NCBI GenBank assembly: GCA_041658465.1
Contig: JBBAAC010000001.1
Location: 1 to 58,228 of the forward strand
Reading direction: 5' to 3'
From: a bacterium
Lineage (GTDB): Bacteria > UBA10199 > 2-02-FULL-44-16 > JAAZCA01
Length of the DNA stretch: 58,228 nt
Part shown: positions 25,789-35,501 of the stretch, piece after piece
Layout: each line of letters starts with the position of its first letter
How positions within the stretch are numbered: the first letter of the stretch is position 1
Notes under the pieces: model-generated
What the model was told of the DNA's origin: nothing
Seen by the model: the letters and a program-made list of their open reading frames with translations, nothing else
Database searches by the model: none
Translations under genes and position numbers: made by a program

Positions 25789-26667
25789 ATGCGCACAAGA
25801 ATCACCTGTCTGATAGCCGCGTTCCTTATCTCATCGGCGCCGGCAGCCACGCTGCACGCGGGCGTTGATGCCAAGGTCCACGCATTCGTGAGCATCCCGC
25901 CGCAGGCGTATTTTGTGGAGCGTATCGGAGGGCCGTATGTCGCGGTGGACGTGATGGTGCCGCCCGGCCAGTCGCCGCACTCCTTCGAGCCCCTGCCAAA
26001 GCAGATCGCGACCCTTTCGCGGGCGGACGCCTATTTTCAAATCGGGATGACGTTCGAGGGCCGGCTCATCGCAAAAGCGCAGGAGATCAACCCCAGGCTC
26101 AAGGTCTTTGACACGCGCAAGGGCATCGCGCTGCACCAGATGGCAGCGGCCGACGAGCACGGCCACGGCCAGGGCATGGCCGACCCGCATATATGGCTCT
26201 CGCCGAAACTCGCGAAGATACAGGCGACAAATATATCCGCCGCACTCTGCCAGCTGGATCCGGCGCACGCGGCCGACTTCCAGAAGAACCTCGCCTCGTT
26301 CATCGCTGATCTCGACCGGGTGGACGCATCGATCGCTCTTTCGCTTGCGGCGCTTAAGGGAGATCAGTTCTTCGTCTATCACCCGGCGTTCTGGTATTTC
26401 GGAGATGCGTACGGGCTCAAACAGGTCGCCGTGGAGAGCAGCGGCAAGGAGCCGTCCGCGAGGGAACTGGGCCGGCTCATAGACCGCGCCAAGGCTGCGG
26501 GCGTGCGAGTCATCTTCGTGCAGCCGCAATTCCCGACGAAGAGCGCCGAGGCTGTAGCAGCGGCCATTGGCGGAAGCGTGATAAAGATAGACGACCTGTC
26601 GCGCGACTATCTGGCGAATCTTGAAACAATAGCATCGCGTATCAAGGAAGGCCTTAGAGCGAAATGA
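25789..26667 (+). CDS. znuA: Metal (Zn/Mn) ABC transporter substrate-binding protein, cluster A-I (ZnuA/TroA-like)
   Basis: It has a signal peptide, the DPHIWLSP motif, a short His-rich loop DEHGHGQG, and lies in an operon with an ATPase and a permease. Confidence 0.8.
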   Translation: MRTRITCLIAAFLISSAPAATLHAGVDAKVHAFVSIPPQAYFVERIGGPYVAVDVMVPPGQSPHSFEPLPKQIATLSRADAYFQIGMTFEGRLIAKAQEINPRLKVFDTRKGIALHQMAAADEHGHGQGMADPHIWLSPKLAKIQATNISAALCQLDPAHAADFQKNLASFIADLDRVDASIALSLAALKGDQFFVYHPAFWYFGDAYGLKQVAVESSGKEPSARELGRLIDRAKAAGVRVIFVQPQFPTKSAEAVAAAIGGSVIKIDDLSRDYLANLETIASRIKEGLRAK

Positions 26668-27422
26668 AGCAAGAGCCCCCCATCTGCATGCACGGCGTCT
26701 CCTTCTCCTACGACGCCGATCCCGTGCTCGAACACGTGGACATCTGCATAGAGGAACGCAGCTTCATAAGCATCATCGGTCCGAACGGCGGCGGAAAGAC
26801 CACGCTGCTCAAGCTCATGCTGGGGCTCTTGCGGCCCACGGCCGGCAAGGTGAGCATCTTCGGCAAGTCGCCGCGCGAGTCGCGAAAAGAGATCGGCTAC
26901 ATGCCGCAGAACGCGCAGTTTGACCCGCACTTCCCGATCGCAGTCATGGACGTCGTGCTCATGGGCAGGCTCGGAAGCGAAAGCTGCAGGGGCGGCAGGT
27001 ACTGCGCGGATGACCGCAAGGTCGCGGATCGCGTGCTCGGCGAGGTCGAACTCTCGGCGCTCAAGCACCGCTCCTTTTCATCGCTCTCGGGCGGTCAGAG
27101 ACAACGCGTGCTGCTCGCGAGGGCCCTGGCGTGCGAGCCCAAGATCCTCATGCTGGACGAGCCTACCGCCAATCTCGATCAGGCGGTCGGCACGAGGCTC
27201 TTCGACCTGCTCAAGAAGCTCAACGAGCGGCTCACTATCGTCCTCGTGTCGCACGACGTGGGGTTTGTCACGCGCTACGTGGACCGCGTGCTCTGCGTGA
27301 ATCGCAGCGCGCTCGAGCACTCCGCGTGCGATCTCACGGGCGAGATGGTGAGTCAGATGTACGGCGACGACATGCACGCGGTCTGGCATGGAGCGCACAA
27401 ACTCGGAGGGCACTATGAATGA
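26664..27422 (+). CDS. znuC: Metal ABC transporter ATP-binding protein
   Basis: Walker A is GPNGGGKTT, the signature is LSGGQRQR and Walker B is ILMLDEP. It overlaps znuA by 4 nt. Confidence 0.85.
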   Translation: MKQEPPICMHGVSFSYDADPVLEHVDICIEERSFISIIGPNGGGKTTLLKLMLGLLRPTAGKVSIFGKSPRESRKEIGYMPQNAQFDPHFPIAVMDVVLMGRLGSESCRGGRYCADDRKVADRVLGEVELSALKHRSFSSLSGGQRQRVLLARALACEPKILMLDEPTANLDQAVGTRLFDLLKKLNERLTIVLVSHDVGFVTRYVDRVLCVNRSALEHSACDLTGEMVSQMYGDDMHAVWHGAHKLGGHYE

Positions 27423-28290
27423 GTTCGTAGGCGCCCTTATGCAGTACAAGTTCCTGCAGACCGCCCTGCTCACGGGCGTGCTCGCGTCCGTGGCATGCGG
27501 CATAGTCGGCACCTACGTGGTCGTACGGCGCATCACCTATATAGCGGGTGGCATCGCGCATTGCGTGCTTGGCGGCATGGGCGCCGCGCGATACCTGCAG
27601 GTCGTACACGGCATTGATTGGGCGCTTCCGATCTACGGCGCCATCGCAGCCGCCTTTGCCGCGGCCATAATAATCGGCCTCGTGAGCCTCAGAGCAAAAC
27701 AGCGCGAAGACACGGTCATCGGCGCGCTCTGGGCAGTCGGGATGGCGGCCGGCGTGCTCTTCATCTCAAAGACCCCCGGCTACGGCGTGGACCTGATGAG
27801 CTACCTCTTCGGCAACATCCTCATGGTCTCGCAGCACGAGATCAGGCTCCTCATCGGGCTCGACGCGCTGGTCGTGGCGACCGGGCTCCTCTTCTTCAAG
27901 CAGCTCCAGGCGGTATGCTTTGACGAGGAATTCGCGAGGCTCCGCGGCCTGAACGTCGAGTTCTACTATCTGCTCCTGCTCTGCCTCACCGCAGCGACCG
28001 TCGTGCTCTTGATAACCGTGGTCGGCATCATCATGGTAATCGCGCTGCTCACGCTCCCGGTGGCAATCGCGGGCTTCTTCGCGAAGAGGCTCGGGCAGAT
28101 GATGCTGCTCTCGATCGTGCTGAGCATGCTCTTCACGGCGGCCGGCCTGGGGATCTCCTACGGTCCTGACCTCCCCGCCGGCTCCACGATAGTCATGCTG
28201 GCCGGCGCGGGATATCTGGCCGCGGTCCTGACCATGTGGCTCTCAAAGGTGAGGCGCACGCAGAAGCCTGCGCCCGTTGAAAAGGAGTAG
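27415..28290 (+). CDS. znuB: Metal ABC transporter permease
   Basis: The polytopic hydrophobic protein starts at MNEFVGALMQYKFLQ. Its ATG overlaps the znuC stop (atgaatga). Confidence 0.8.
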   Translation: MNEFVGALMQYKFLQTALLTGVLASVACGIVGTYVVVRRITYIAGGIAHCVLGGMGAARYLQVVHGIDWALPIYGAIAAAFAAAIIIGLVSLRAKQREDTVIGALWAVGMAAGVLFISKTPGYGVDLMSYLFGNILMVSQHEIRLLIGLDALVVATGLLFFKQLQAVCFDEEFARLRGLNVEFYYLLLLCLTAATVVLLITVVGIIMVIALLTLPVAIAGFFAKRLGQMMLLSIVLSMLFTAAGLGISYGPDLPAGSTIVMLAGAGYLAAVLTMWLSKVRRTQKPAPVEKE

Positions 28291-28409
28291 CAGCCCGCCT
28301 TGAGTCTCAGGCTTCGCACCAATTGTTGATGACTCGGGGCCGATTTGTTGCTATCTTGCCCTCTCAATAGAGGGGAATTCTCCACATATCTTTCGAAAGG
28401 GGGAAATAT

Positions 28410-28817
28410 ATGACAGAACAGAGTATGCAGCAGATGCAGCAGATGCAGGGCGGGTTGGGTTCCCTGGGCATAGTGCCCATCATTATCATGCTTGCGCTCT
28501 ACGTCTTCTTCGCGTGGTGCATGGCGAGGATAGCAGTAAAGACCGGCATGCCGCTGCGTTCAGCATTTATATGGGCGGTGATACCGATCGCAAACATATT
28601 GCTGCTCATTAAGATCGCTAACAAGCCCATGTGGTGGCTTATCCTGCTGTTCATCCCGATCGCCAATATCGTGGTCAGCATCCTCATATGGATGGCTATC
28701 TCGGAGCGGCTCGGAAAACCAGGTTGGTGGGGTATCCTCATCGCCCTCGTGCCGATCGTCAATATCGTGCTGTTCTTAATACTCGCGTTCGAGAAACCGA
28801 CGACCGCGACGGCTTAA
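28410..28817 (+). CDS. Small membrane protein, DUF5684-like
   Basis: It has three to four TM segments with the characteristic repeated IPI(A/V)NI(L/V) and WW motifs (MWWLILLFIPIANIV, GWWGILIALVPIVNIV). Confidence 0.5.
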   Translation: MTEQSMQQMQQMQGGLGSLGIVPIIIMLALYVFFAWCMARIAVKTGMPLRSAFIWAVIPIANILLLIKIANKPMWWLILLFIPIANIVVSILIWMAISERLGKPGWWGILIALVPIVNIVLFLILAFEKPTTATA

Positions 28818-28840
28818 GCGCGCACAGCAATTGCATTCAC

Positions 28841-28872
28841 AAAAAAGCCGCCCTTCACGGGCGGCTTTTTTT
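28841..28872. terminator. Bidirectional rho-independent terminator
   Basis: aaaaaa-gccgccc-ttcac-gggcggc-ttttttt, between convergent genes. Confidence 0.8.
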
Positions 28873-28911
28873 GCCTTCGCGCATGGCGAAGATCTCGCGA
28901 CATGCCTGCGG

Positions 28912-31515
28912 CTACGCCGGCTTGAATGAGAGACCGGCGACGCCGAGCCCGCCGGCAAGCGCAGCCTGCGCTGCGCCTTCGGCGGATGATTCGGAATCCG
29001 CTATCGCTTCTTCCTCGCTCATTTCTCCGTCAGCAGCAGGCGCTGCTTCGGTTGCAGCGGGCGCAGGGCTCTCTCCCGCAGACACGGGCCACGCAGCCTT
29101 TGCAACGTAGAACTGGATGACCTTTTCGAGCGGCACCTCATCCGGGCCGTGAGTCCCCATCGCGGCCTTGAAATCGTCGAGCGGGATATTGCGAAGCGCG
29201 GGCAGGAAACCGGCCATGCGGTTATAGATCGCCTTCATGGAACGGATGCGCGTGCGGTTTCTCAGCGCGAGGATCGCCCAGGTGCGACGGGCCTTCCACA
29301 CCAGCCCTGCGAACTCCTCCCCGCCAGCCGCCTTGCGCGAGGCGTTTGCAGCCTCCACGTCGTTCAACAGTGCCACCGACGCATAAAAAGCCTCGTCAAA
29401 TGCAGGCGCGCGCTGAAGCCTGGCGCATGCCGTGTCCCAGTGTGCCGCAAGGTCGCCAGCGTCGAAGGATCTCAGCTTAAACGATGCCTGCATGAATTCG
29501 CGCTCGTCCCTCTTGAGAATTCCCAGCGCGTCGTAGCCCTTGCCCATCCCCAGGGCCCGGGCGTCGTCCAATGACCTGCCGACTCCGTTCGCTGCGAGCG
29601 CCGCGAAGAGCCTTGAGAAGACAGGCCTCGCTGAGAGATTCGCGAATCGCCTGGCAACAAACTGCAGCGTGCGCGCTTGAGAATGCTTGTGCCAGCGGCC
29701 CATCTGGATTTCACGCGCAACGAGGAGACAGCATGCCGAAGCCGCCAGATCCATTGCTGACTTCACAAACGACTCGGTCCCCTCGCCGGGGCGTGCCATC
29801 GAGGCGCCGGCGACGCCGCAGAGGTTTTTTACGAGATCAGAGAGATCCTCTCCGGCCGACCTTGTCCTCAGGTCGGCCGCCAGCATGAATTCCTTGAGCG
29901 CGGACTCGTGCCTGGCCAGGATCAACGAGCGGACAGAAGGATCGGATATCTGCGTTGACCACGCCAGTTCATCCGGAGAGAGCTCGACCTCAGAGAAATC
30001 CGCAACGACCGCAATCGTCGGAGCCTCGGCGACTTCGCCGTACACCTCCGGCATCGTCTTGCTCAGCTGTCTCGCGATCGCAAGCATGAGGCCTTGTTCT
30101 GCAGGCGCGGCGGCGGAACCTGTGCCCGATATCCTGTCCGCCGTCGACTCCTGAAGAGACGATGCCATGCGAATGAAATCCGCAAATTTCATCTCCCTGC
30201 CGGATTCATTTGTCCGCTGCCATGCCTCGATGAGTTCCTCCGCATCGAGGGATACCCTCGCGAGGATCTGATCCGCCTTCGCGCGCGGGATACGTGCGCG
30301 CATCGCAAGCTCACCCAGCGCCGCGGAGCGATATGCGCCGCCGCACTCGATGAAGAAGCGGCGCATGATCCATGCATGGACACCGTTATCGCCCTCGAGA
30401 TTGAACCGCGTGAGGAGGCCCAGGAACTCCGCGAGCTGCACCGAGCGCGCAGCCGAAAGCGCCCACATTGCCCACGAGGATTCGTCCAGGCAGGCCGCAC
30501 CTTCGGCCGGCGCATGCAGCGCCATGGCGCCCCTGATGGCGTCCTGACTCTGCGGGTTGAGATCGTGTGGCCCTATGCCTGCGTCCTCTATCCCATCGAG
30601 GAGCGCGATCATTTGCTGCCGTGGCTTGTCCCGCGGCCTCACCTTTACGCCCGCGGAGATCTTCCCATCGTCCGAGAATCGCAGGCGGGCCCTTAAGTTT
30701 CTCATGTCCCAGACCAGTCTGGTATTGCCTACGGAACGCGACGCCCTGAACCAGAAGGGATCACTCGCCCTTATCGCGAGCAGCAGCAGCGGCTGCTCGG
30801 GAACCCCTCCGCCGTAGCGCATCGCCCGCCGCAGGAAGATGTGCCAGTACAGCTCCGTCCTGGGCTCCACCTTGCCCGCGGAAACCGCCTCCACCATACG
30901 AAACCAGCCGGCGTCGAAAAATTCCATATCTCCCGGCTTTTCGAGCAGTGACGTGAGCAGGACGACCGCCATCTGCTGTGAGAGCCTGCCGCCCTGCACC
31001 AACGGCTTTAAGATGGATAGCGCAAAATCGATCCGGTCGTTGCCGTCTCGCATGGTCCTGAAGACCTCGTTCGCAGCCGCAAGGATCTTCTGCTTCGTGC
31101 CGGCGACTATGTTCCCCTGGCGGAGACGGTCCAGCGCGCCAAGCCTCTCCGCGAGTTCGTCCTGCCCCTTGGCTGCGGAAATCGCCGCGAAGTTGCGCGT
31201 GCTGAATCTGAACCCGCCCACCAGATTTTCCTGGAAGCGGAATCGATGCCGCTCCGCGTATGCGATCATGAGGACAGGCAGTGCGGAATTGATCGACTTT
31301 TCTGCGAGATCGAACCCGTCGGCCCCGGAAGAGAACCTCTCCGCGTGCTGCCTCATCATGGCCGTAAGTGTGCAGTCAAAGCACTGCAGCAGATCGATTC
31401 TGTCCACCACGCCGCCCTGCTCATATGGCTGGGGCGGCGCCTTGCGGATGAACTCGAGGACCTCTGCCGCGAAGTTGAAATCTGCGCCTGGTACAGGTTT
31501 GACGGACATATGCAT
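28912..31515 (-). CDS. Orphan 867-aa protein, helical-looking, with an acidic Ala/Pro-rich C-terminal tail
   Basis: This is a long uninterrupted ORF in which I recognised no motif. The tail is ESPAPAATEAAPAADGEMSEEEAIADSESSAEGAAQAALAGGLGVAGLSFKPA. Confidence 0.6.
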   Translation of the reverse strand: MHMSVKPVPGADFNFAAEVLEFIRKAPPQPYEQGGVVDRIDLLQCFDCTLTAMMRQHAERFSSGADGFDLAEKSINSALPVLMIAYAERHRFRFQENLVGGFRFSTRNFAAISAAKGQDELAERLGALDRLRQGNIVAGTKQKILAAANEVFRTMRDGNDRIDFALSILKPLVQGGRLSQQMAVVLLTSLLEKPGDMEFFDAGWFRMVEAVSAGKVEPRTELYWHIFLRRAMRYGGGVPEQPLLLLAIRASDPFWFRASRSVGNTRLVWDMRNLRARLRFSDDGKISAGVKVRPRDKPRQQMIALLDGIEDAGIGPHDLNPQSQDAIRGAMALHAPAEGAACLDESSWAMWALSAARSVQLAEFLGLLTRFNLEGDNGVHAWIMRRFFIECGGAYRSAALGELAMRARIPRAKADQILARVSLDAEELIEAWQRTNESGREMKFADFIRMASSLQESTADRISGTGSAAAPAEQGLMLAIARQLSKTMPEVYGEVAEAPTIAVVADFSEVELSPDELAWSTQISDPSVRSLILARHESALKEFMLAADLRTRSAGEDLSDLVKNLCGVAGASMARPGEGTESFVKSAMDLAASACCLLVAREIQMGRWHKHSQARTLQFVARRFANLSARPVFSRLFAALAANGVGRSLDDARALGMGKGYDALGILKRDEREFMQASFKLRSFDAGDLAAHWDTACARLQRAPAFDEAFYASVALLNDVEAANASRKAAGGEEFAGLVWKARRTWAILALRNRTRIRSMKAIYNRMAGFLPALRNIPLDDFKAAMGTHGPDEVPLEKVIQFYVAKAAWPVSAGESPAPAATEAAPAADGEMSEEEAIADSESSAEGAAQAALAGGLGVAGLSFKPA

Positions 31516-31588
31516 TGGCTCCTAGGACGGAGCCTATAGCCAGCGCGTCGTATAATGGCAAGTATAGTTTATAGTTTCGGGGGGAAAA

Positions 31589-32779
31589 TCAGCTGCGGAG
31601 CATGGCGGGAAGGTGCGCCCTAATGCGCTCTGCAGCCATCGCGCACTCCTCGATCGAGGGCACCAGGGCCAGGCGGACAAAGCCCTCCCCGGGATTCCCG
31701 TCCGGCGTGGGCTCGCTTATCCAGTTGCCGGGCGTGGCCACTATGGCGATCGACGGATCCAGGAGCTTCTCGGCAAATGCCACGGATGTTATTCCCTCCG
31801 GCACGCGCTGCCAGATGTAGAGCGTGGCTGCCGGCCTGCACTCGGGAAGCCCTGCGGCAACGAATGCATCGACGATGAGGTCGCGCTTCTGGCGATAGAG
31901 CTGGCGGAGATTTTCCACATGCGACTCGTCCGAGAGCGCTGCTGCGGCCGCGTCCTGGATAAATGTAGGCGTGCCGGAGTCGATGTTGGTCTTGAGCTTC
32001 TTGAACGCGGAGACGATCTCGCTGCCGCCCGCCACCCACCCCACGCGATAGCCGGTCATGCAGCTGCGCTTTGAGAGCGACTGAAACGCGATCACTCCAT
32101 CCTTAGCGACCTCGAGCATCGAGTGCGGTGCCTCGCCGTAGTAATTCTCCGTGTACGCCTCGTCCGACGCGATGACGATGTCGTTCTTGCGGCCGAACTC
32201 GACTACCTCTTTCAGGAACGCAAGCGGGGCCACGGCGCCCGTGGGGTTGTTGGGATAATTCACCCACATGAGCCTGGCGCGGCGGCGTATATCCGCGGGA
32301 ATCGAATCCAGGTCAGGCAGAAATCCGCGCTCCTCGTGGAGGTTCACGTAGTGGACCTGCCCTTCTGCAAATCGCGTCCCGCGCGTATAAGGCGGGTAGC
32401 CTGGGTTCGGCACGATCACCACGTCGCCGGGATCTACGATCGCCTCGTGAAAATTGAAGACCGCTTCCTTGGAGCCGATCGACGCGGAGATCTCGGTCTC
32501 CGGGTCGAGCTTCACGCCAAAGCGCTTTTCAGTCCACGCAGCGATGGCGCCGCGGTATTCCTTTGATCCTACATAGGACGGATACCCGCTCGATGCGCGC
32601 ACATCCACATACTTTTTGATCGCGGAGCGCACGATCTCCGGCGCGGGCTCGGTGGGGTCACCCACCCCGAAGTCGATCACCTTTGCGCCGGACGCACGCA
32701 GATCAGCCACCTTCTTATCGATCTCGGCAAACGCATAGCCTGTGAGCGAAGAAAGACGTTTGGAAATCGTGATAATCAT
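31589..32779 (-). CDS. Class I/II aminotransferase, probably an LL-diaminopimelate aminotransferase-like enzyme
   Basis: The N-terminus has IDFGVGDPTEP and the PLP lysine context is SLSKRSCMTGYRVGW. NYPNNPTG is present. The length is 396 aa. Confidence 0.65.
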   Translation of the reverse strand: MIITISKRLSSLTGYAFAEIDKKVADLRASGAKVIDFGVGDPTEPAPEIVRSAIKKYVDVRASSGYPSYVGSKEYRGAIAAWTEKRFGVKLDPETEISASIGSKEAVFNFHEAIVDPGDVVIVPNPGYPPYTRGTRFAEGQVHYVNLHEERGFLPDLDSIPADIRRRARLMWVNYPNNPTGAVAPLAFLKEVVEFGRKNDIVIASDEAYTENYYGEAPHSMLEVAKDGVIAFQSLSKRSCMTGYRVGWVAGGSEIVSAFKKLKTNIDSGTPTFIQDAAAAALSDESHVENLRQLYRQKRDLIVDAFVAAGLPECRPAATLYIWQRVPEGITSVAFAEKLLDPSIAIVATPGNWISEPTPDGNPGEGFVRLALVPSIEECAMAAERIRAHLPAMLRS

Positions 32780-33079
32780 CCTGCCTCCCCTTGTGTCATT
32801 GCGGGCCCTTCGACGTTGGGCTTCGGCTGCTGAGCTCAGTCGAAGCCCTCAGGGCGAAGCCTGCCTGCCGGCAGGCAAGCAATCCCCCGCAAACAGTGCC
32901 GCCGCTTATTAGCGATTTCGACAATAAATGAAAATAAGCAACCGCATCCTTATTAAAGGAAACTTTAATTAGATGGACGCTTATTTAAGTTTAGGGCGTT
33001 ATCCTTAAATAAGAAATTTAAAGGCCATATATTACAGCTACTTACAACACCATCTTTTTTCGCCATCTCGGCTTAATTC

Positions 33080-33165
33080 GCGCAACATTTTCCTTTGCCT
33101 GCCGATAATAATAAAGTGGGGGTCGGCCCGTCAGGGTAAGTGATAGTAAAATCAACGAGTTAACC
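33080..33165 (+). promoter_or_regulatory. Conserved 5' leader/promoter block of the EF-hand/HExxH gene family (copy 1)
   Basis: gcgcaacattttcctttgcctgccgataataataaagtgggggtcggcccgtcagggtaagtgatagtaaaatcaacgagttaacc matches 37417-37502 with roughly 12 mismatches and one indel. It contains a gataataat -10-like box. Confidence 0.45.
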
Positions 33166-34851
33166 GTGCCTGGCACCAAGTCCATATCCGAGGTCAAGGA
33201 TCTCTACGACCTCATCGAGCTCTATGCGAACCTCGATCGCAACAACGACGGTTTGCTGGGGCCCGGTGAAGTGTCAGCCGAGGAGATCAAGGCGGGAGAT
33301 AAGGAAAGCCCATCCGCTGGCGTACCGGATGGATTTCTTCAGCCCTGGGAGGTCATGGAGATGCGGGGCCCCACGGTCTTCAATCCCGTGGAGACGATCC
33401 GGATGAGGTCGTGGAACAAAGAGGCAGCATATAAAGGGTTCCCCGATATCCCATCTCTTCCTCGAGACGTCGAGATCGGCGGTGTGACCTACAAATCCGG
33501 AACGCCACTCCCCTTTCATTTATGTACACATTATTCAAGGGTCGCGGGCGGCGTACTCGCAAGGCCGACAATACTTCCATCAATACCGCAAATCACTTTT
33601 CCAGCGGATTCAGTAATGTCTTTTAGCTATGACTTCCATAGCTCGAATATTCGCACGCTCTCTGTTGTCTTAGGAGCAGATGCCACCATTAACGGAGTCT
33701 TTTGCAAAAAGGATACCCGCCTCTTTTTTAGTGATGGAAAGCTGTCCATGATTCAATCTGAACAAGGTTTTCTCATAAACAATGTGCGATATATACTCGC
33801 ATACTTCAAGGATGGGGCATTGGACTTCGGAGATCTCGCTGAAACTGCACGTCTTCCCGTCAATCAGCGCACTTCGTATCTCTTTCAGGGACGAGTTCAA
33901 TTCAATCGACGCGGCATGGTCAAATCAGGAAATCTTGCAGAGGATGTCCCAAGCCCTTATGGCGCACGTTACAAACACCCCGCAGGCGCTTATATCTCTT
34001 TCTTTGCTGATGGGACGCCAATGGAAGGTACGGTTGAATGTTTCAAGGCGCATTTCCCCGGCATTGTGCTTTCGGGCTCAGTCTCAGAAAAAGACATCCT
34101 GCTGGCTATGGAGACTTTCTCTCAACTGAGTCCGCAGACGCTCGCCAACATCAAAGGCATCCGTTTCCAATATGAAGAGTTGCCAACTACATTGGGAGAC
34201 AAGGCTGGTGGTTATGCAAATCCTTTTAACAAGACTATCTATATGAGAAAGGGCAACGCAGATTCGCCGACTGTCTCCTCTATCGCCCATGAAGCAGCAC
34301 ACATAAGGCATCTCACGCTCCAGGAGGAAACCACAAAACGCATCGCTGCTGCTACGCGACACCTAGATCCCTCGAACCCGAATGATATGGTCGAAGATGC
34401 CGCTATCACACGGCAAATTTTCTCAAGGAGTTTCGATGCAAAGTGGAGTCGTGCAGCAAGATATGATTTCAGCTTCTCGATCGCAGACCTTATCTCGTAT
34501 CAGCGTTCTTTGAAACAGTACGACGAAGGACACACCAGAACGAAAGTCAGCGACACTACTGACTATCCAAAAGAGGGATTCATAAATGACTACGGACGAG
34601 TGAGCATATGGGAAGATATTGCGACGCATGTACAAATGACCTACGAAAATCCCGAAAGATATGCGCAACTGATTGATGCCTATTCTTCTTTTTATTTAGA
34701 GCACCCCGACCAACGCCCCTATGCGCAGGTCTATCGCGCTAAACTGGAACTCCTGCGCGAATACGGCTTCATCACCGAGGCAAAGTACCGCGAGATCGTG
34801 CCGGTGCATCCTGACGTGGTCGCGTTCTGCGGGGCCGTGAATTGTCCGTAA
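33166..34851 (+). CDS. EF-hand plus MORN-variant-like repeat plus HExxH (HEAAH) protein, paralog 1
   Basis: It has a GTG start, and the upstream frame is closed by tga/tag/taa. The EF-hand loop DRNNDGLLGPGE is canonical. Repeats are FFSDGKLSMIQ, YFKDGALDFGDL and FFADGTPMEGTV. The HExxH context is SIAHEAAHIRHL, with a downstream EDIAT. The C-terminal end is YGFITEAKYREIVPVHPDVVAFCGAVNCP. Confidence 0.7.
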   Translation: MPGTKSISEVKDLYDLIELYANLDRNNDGLLGPGEVSAEEIKAGDKESPSAGVPDGFLQPWEVMEMRGPTVFNPVETIRMRSWNKEAAYKGFPDIPSLPRDVEIGGVTYKSGTPLPFHLCTHYSRVAGGVLARPTILPSIPQITFPADSVMSFSYDFHSSNIRTLSVVLGADATINGVFCKKDTRLFFSDGKLSMIQSEQGFLINNVRYILAYFKDGALDFGDLAETARLPVNQRTSYLFQGRVQFNRRGMVKSGNLAEDVPSPYGARYKHPAGAYISFFADGTPMEGTVECFKAHFPGIVLSGSVSEKDILLAMETFSQLSPQTLANIKGIRFQYEELPTTLGDKAGGYANPFNKTIYMRKGNADSPTVSSIAHEAAHIRHLTLQEETTKRIAAATRHLDPSNPNDMVEDAAITRQIFSRSFDAKWSRAARYDFSFSIADLISYQRSLKQYDEGHTRTKVSDTTDYPKEGFINDYGRVSIWEDIATHVQMTYENPERYAQLIDAYSSFYLEHPDQRPYAQVYRAKLELLREYGFITEAKYREIVPVHPDVVAFCGAVNCP

Positions 34852-34889
34852 AGGCCAACTGCCGATGCACATGCAGGCCATCTCTCCTC

Positions 34890-34918
34890 TGGACAAAACC
34901 CGCTTAATAACTTATAAT
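34890..34918 (+). promoter_or_regulatory. Sigma-70-like promoter (TGGACA-17 nt-TATAAT) immediately upstream of the parE-like toxin
   Basis: The -35 is at 34890-34895 and the -10 at 34913-34918. The ATG at 34927 lies only 8 nt after the -10, implying a leaderless or near-leaderless mRNA. Confidence 0.35.
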
Positions 34919-34926
34919 GTCCATAA

Positions 34927-35190
34927 ATGTGGACAGTTAAAATATCTTCCCAGGCGGGTCGTTTCTATGCCTCCCTTCAGGGGAGGGAACAAGCGAGGGT
35001 CGCTGCGGCCCTTGACCAGCTCGCCCAGGATCCCCGAACGGGCAAATCCCTCAGGGGTGAACTGAAGGGTTACTGGTCGTACAGGGTCGGCGTCTATCGC
35101 ATTCTGTACTCGATCGAAGAACATGAAGTCGTCGTTCACATCCTTCGCATTCAGCATCGCAAGGAGGTCTACGAACGCTTCAGGAGGTGA
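34927..35190 (+). CDS. RelE/ParE-family type II toxin
   Basis: LRGELKGYWSYRVGVYRILYSIEEHEVVVHILRIQHRKEVY matches the PF05016 pattern (KL.G....yRiRvGdyRiiY.i......i..i.hRkd.Y). Confidence 0.8.
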   Translation: MWTVKISSQAGRFYASLQGREQARVAAALDQLAQDPRTGKSLRGELKGYWSYRVGVYRILYSIEEHEVVVHILRIQHRKEVYERFRR

Positions 35191-35192
35191 CT

Positions 35193-35465
35193 ATGGCTCA
35201 GCTCATTTCGGTCTCGAAGGCAAAACAGCGGCTGCTGGAACTCGCCAGGCGCTCTCACGATCAGGGCGAATCCTTCATCCTGCTCAGGGACGGAGAGCCC
35301 GTGAGCGCCATGATTCCGTTTGATGAATACGAGTCCCTGCTGGAGACGCTGGACATCCTGGAAGACGAACCCGACATCCTCTCCAAACTCAAACGCGCCG
35401 AGAAAGAAATGCGGAAAGGAAAATTCGCCGTCTGGAAGGGAAGAAAACCAGCGCCCACCCGTTGA
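35193..35465 (+). CDS. Phd/YefM-family antitoxin (encoded downstream of its toxin)
   Basis: AGGAGG lies 5 nt upstream. The sequence reads ISVSKAKQRLLELARRSHDQGESFILLRDGEPVSAMIPFDEYESLLETLDILED. The toxin stop abuts the ribosome-binding site. Confidence 0.8.
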   Translation: MAQLISVSKAKQRLLELARRSHDQGESFILLRDGEPVSAMIPFDEYESLLETLDILEDEPDILSKLKRAEKEMRKGKFAVWKGRKPAPTR

Positions 35466-35501
35466 CCCGACTTTCTCCGGATGAACCATTTGTTGCATAA
35501 T

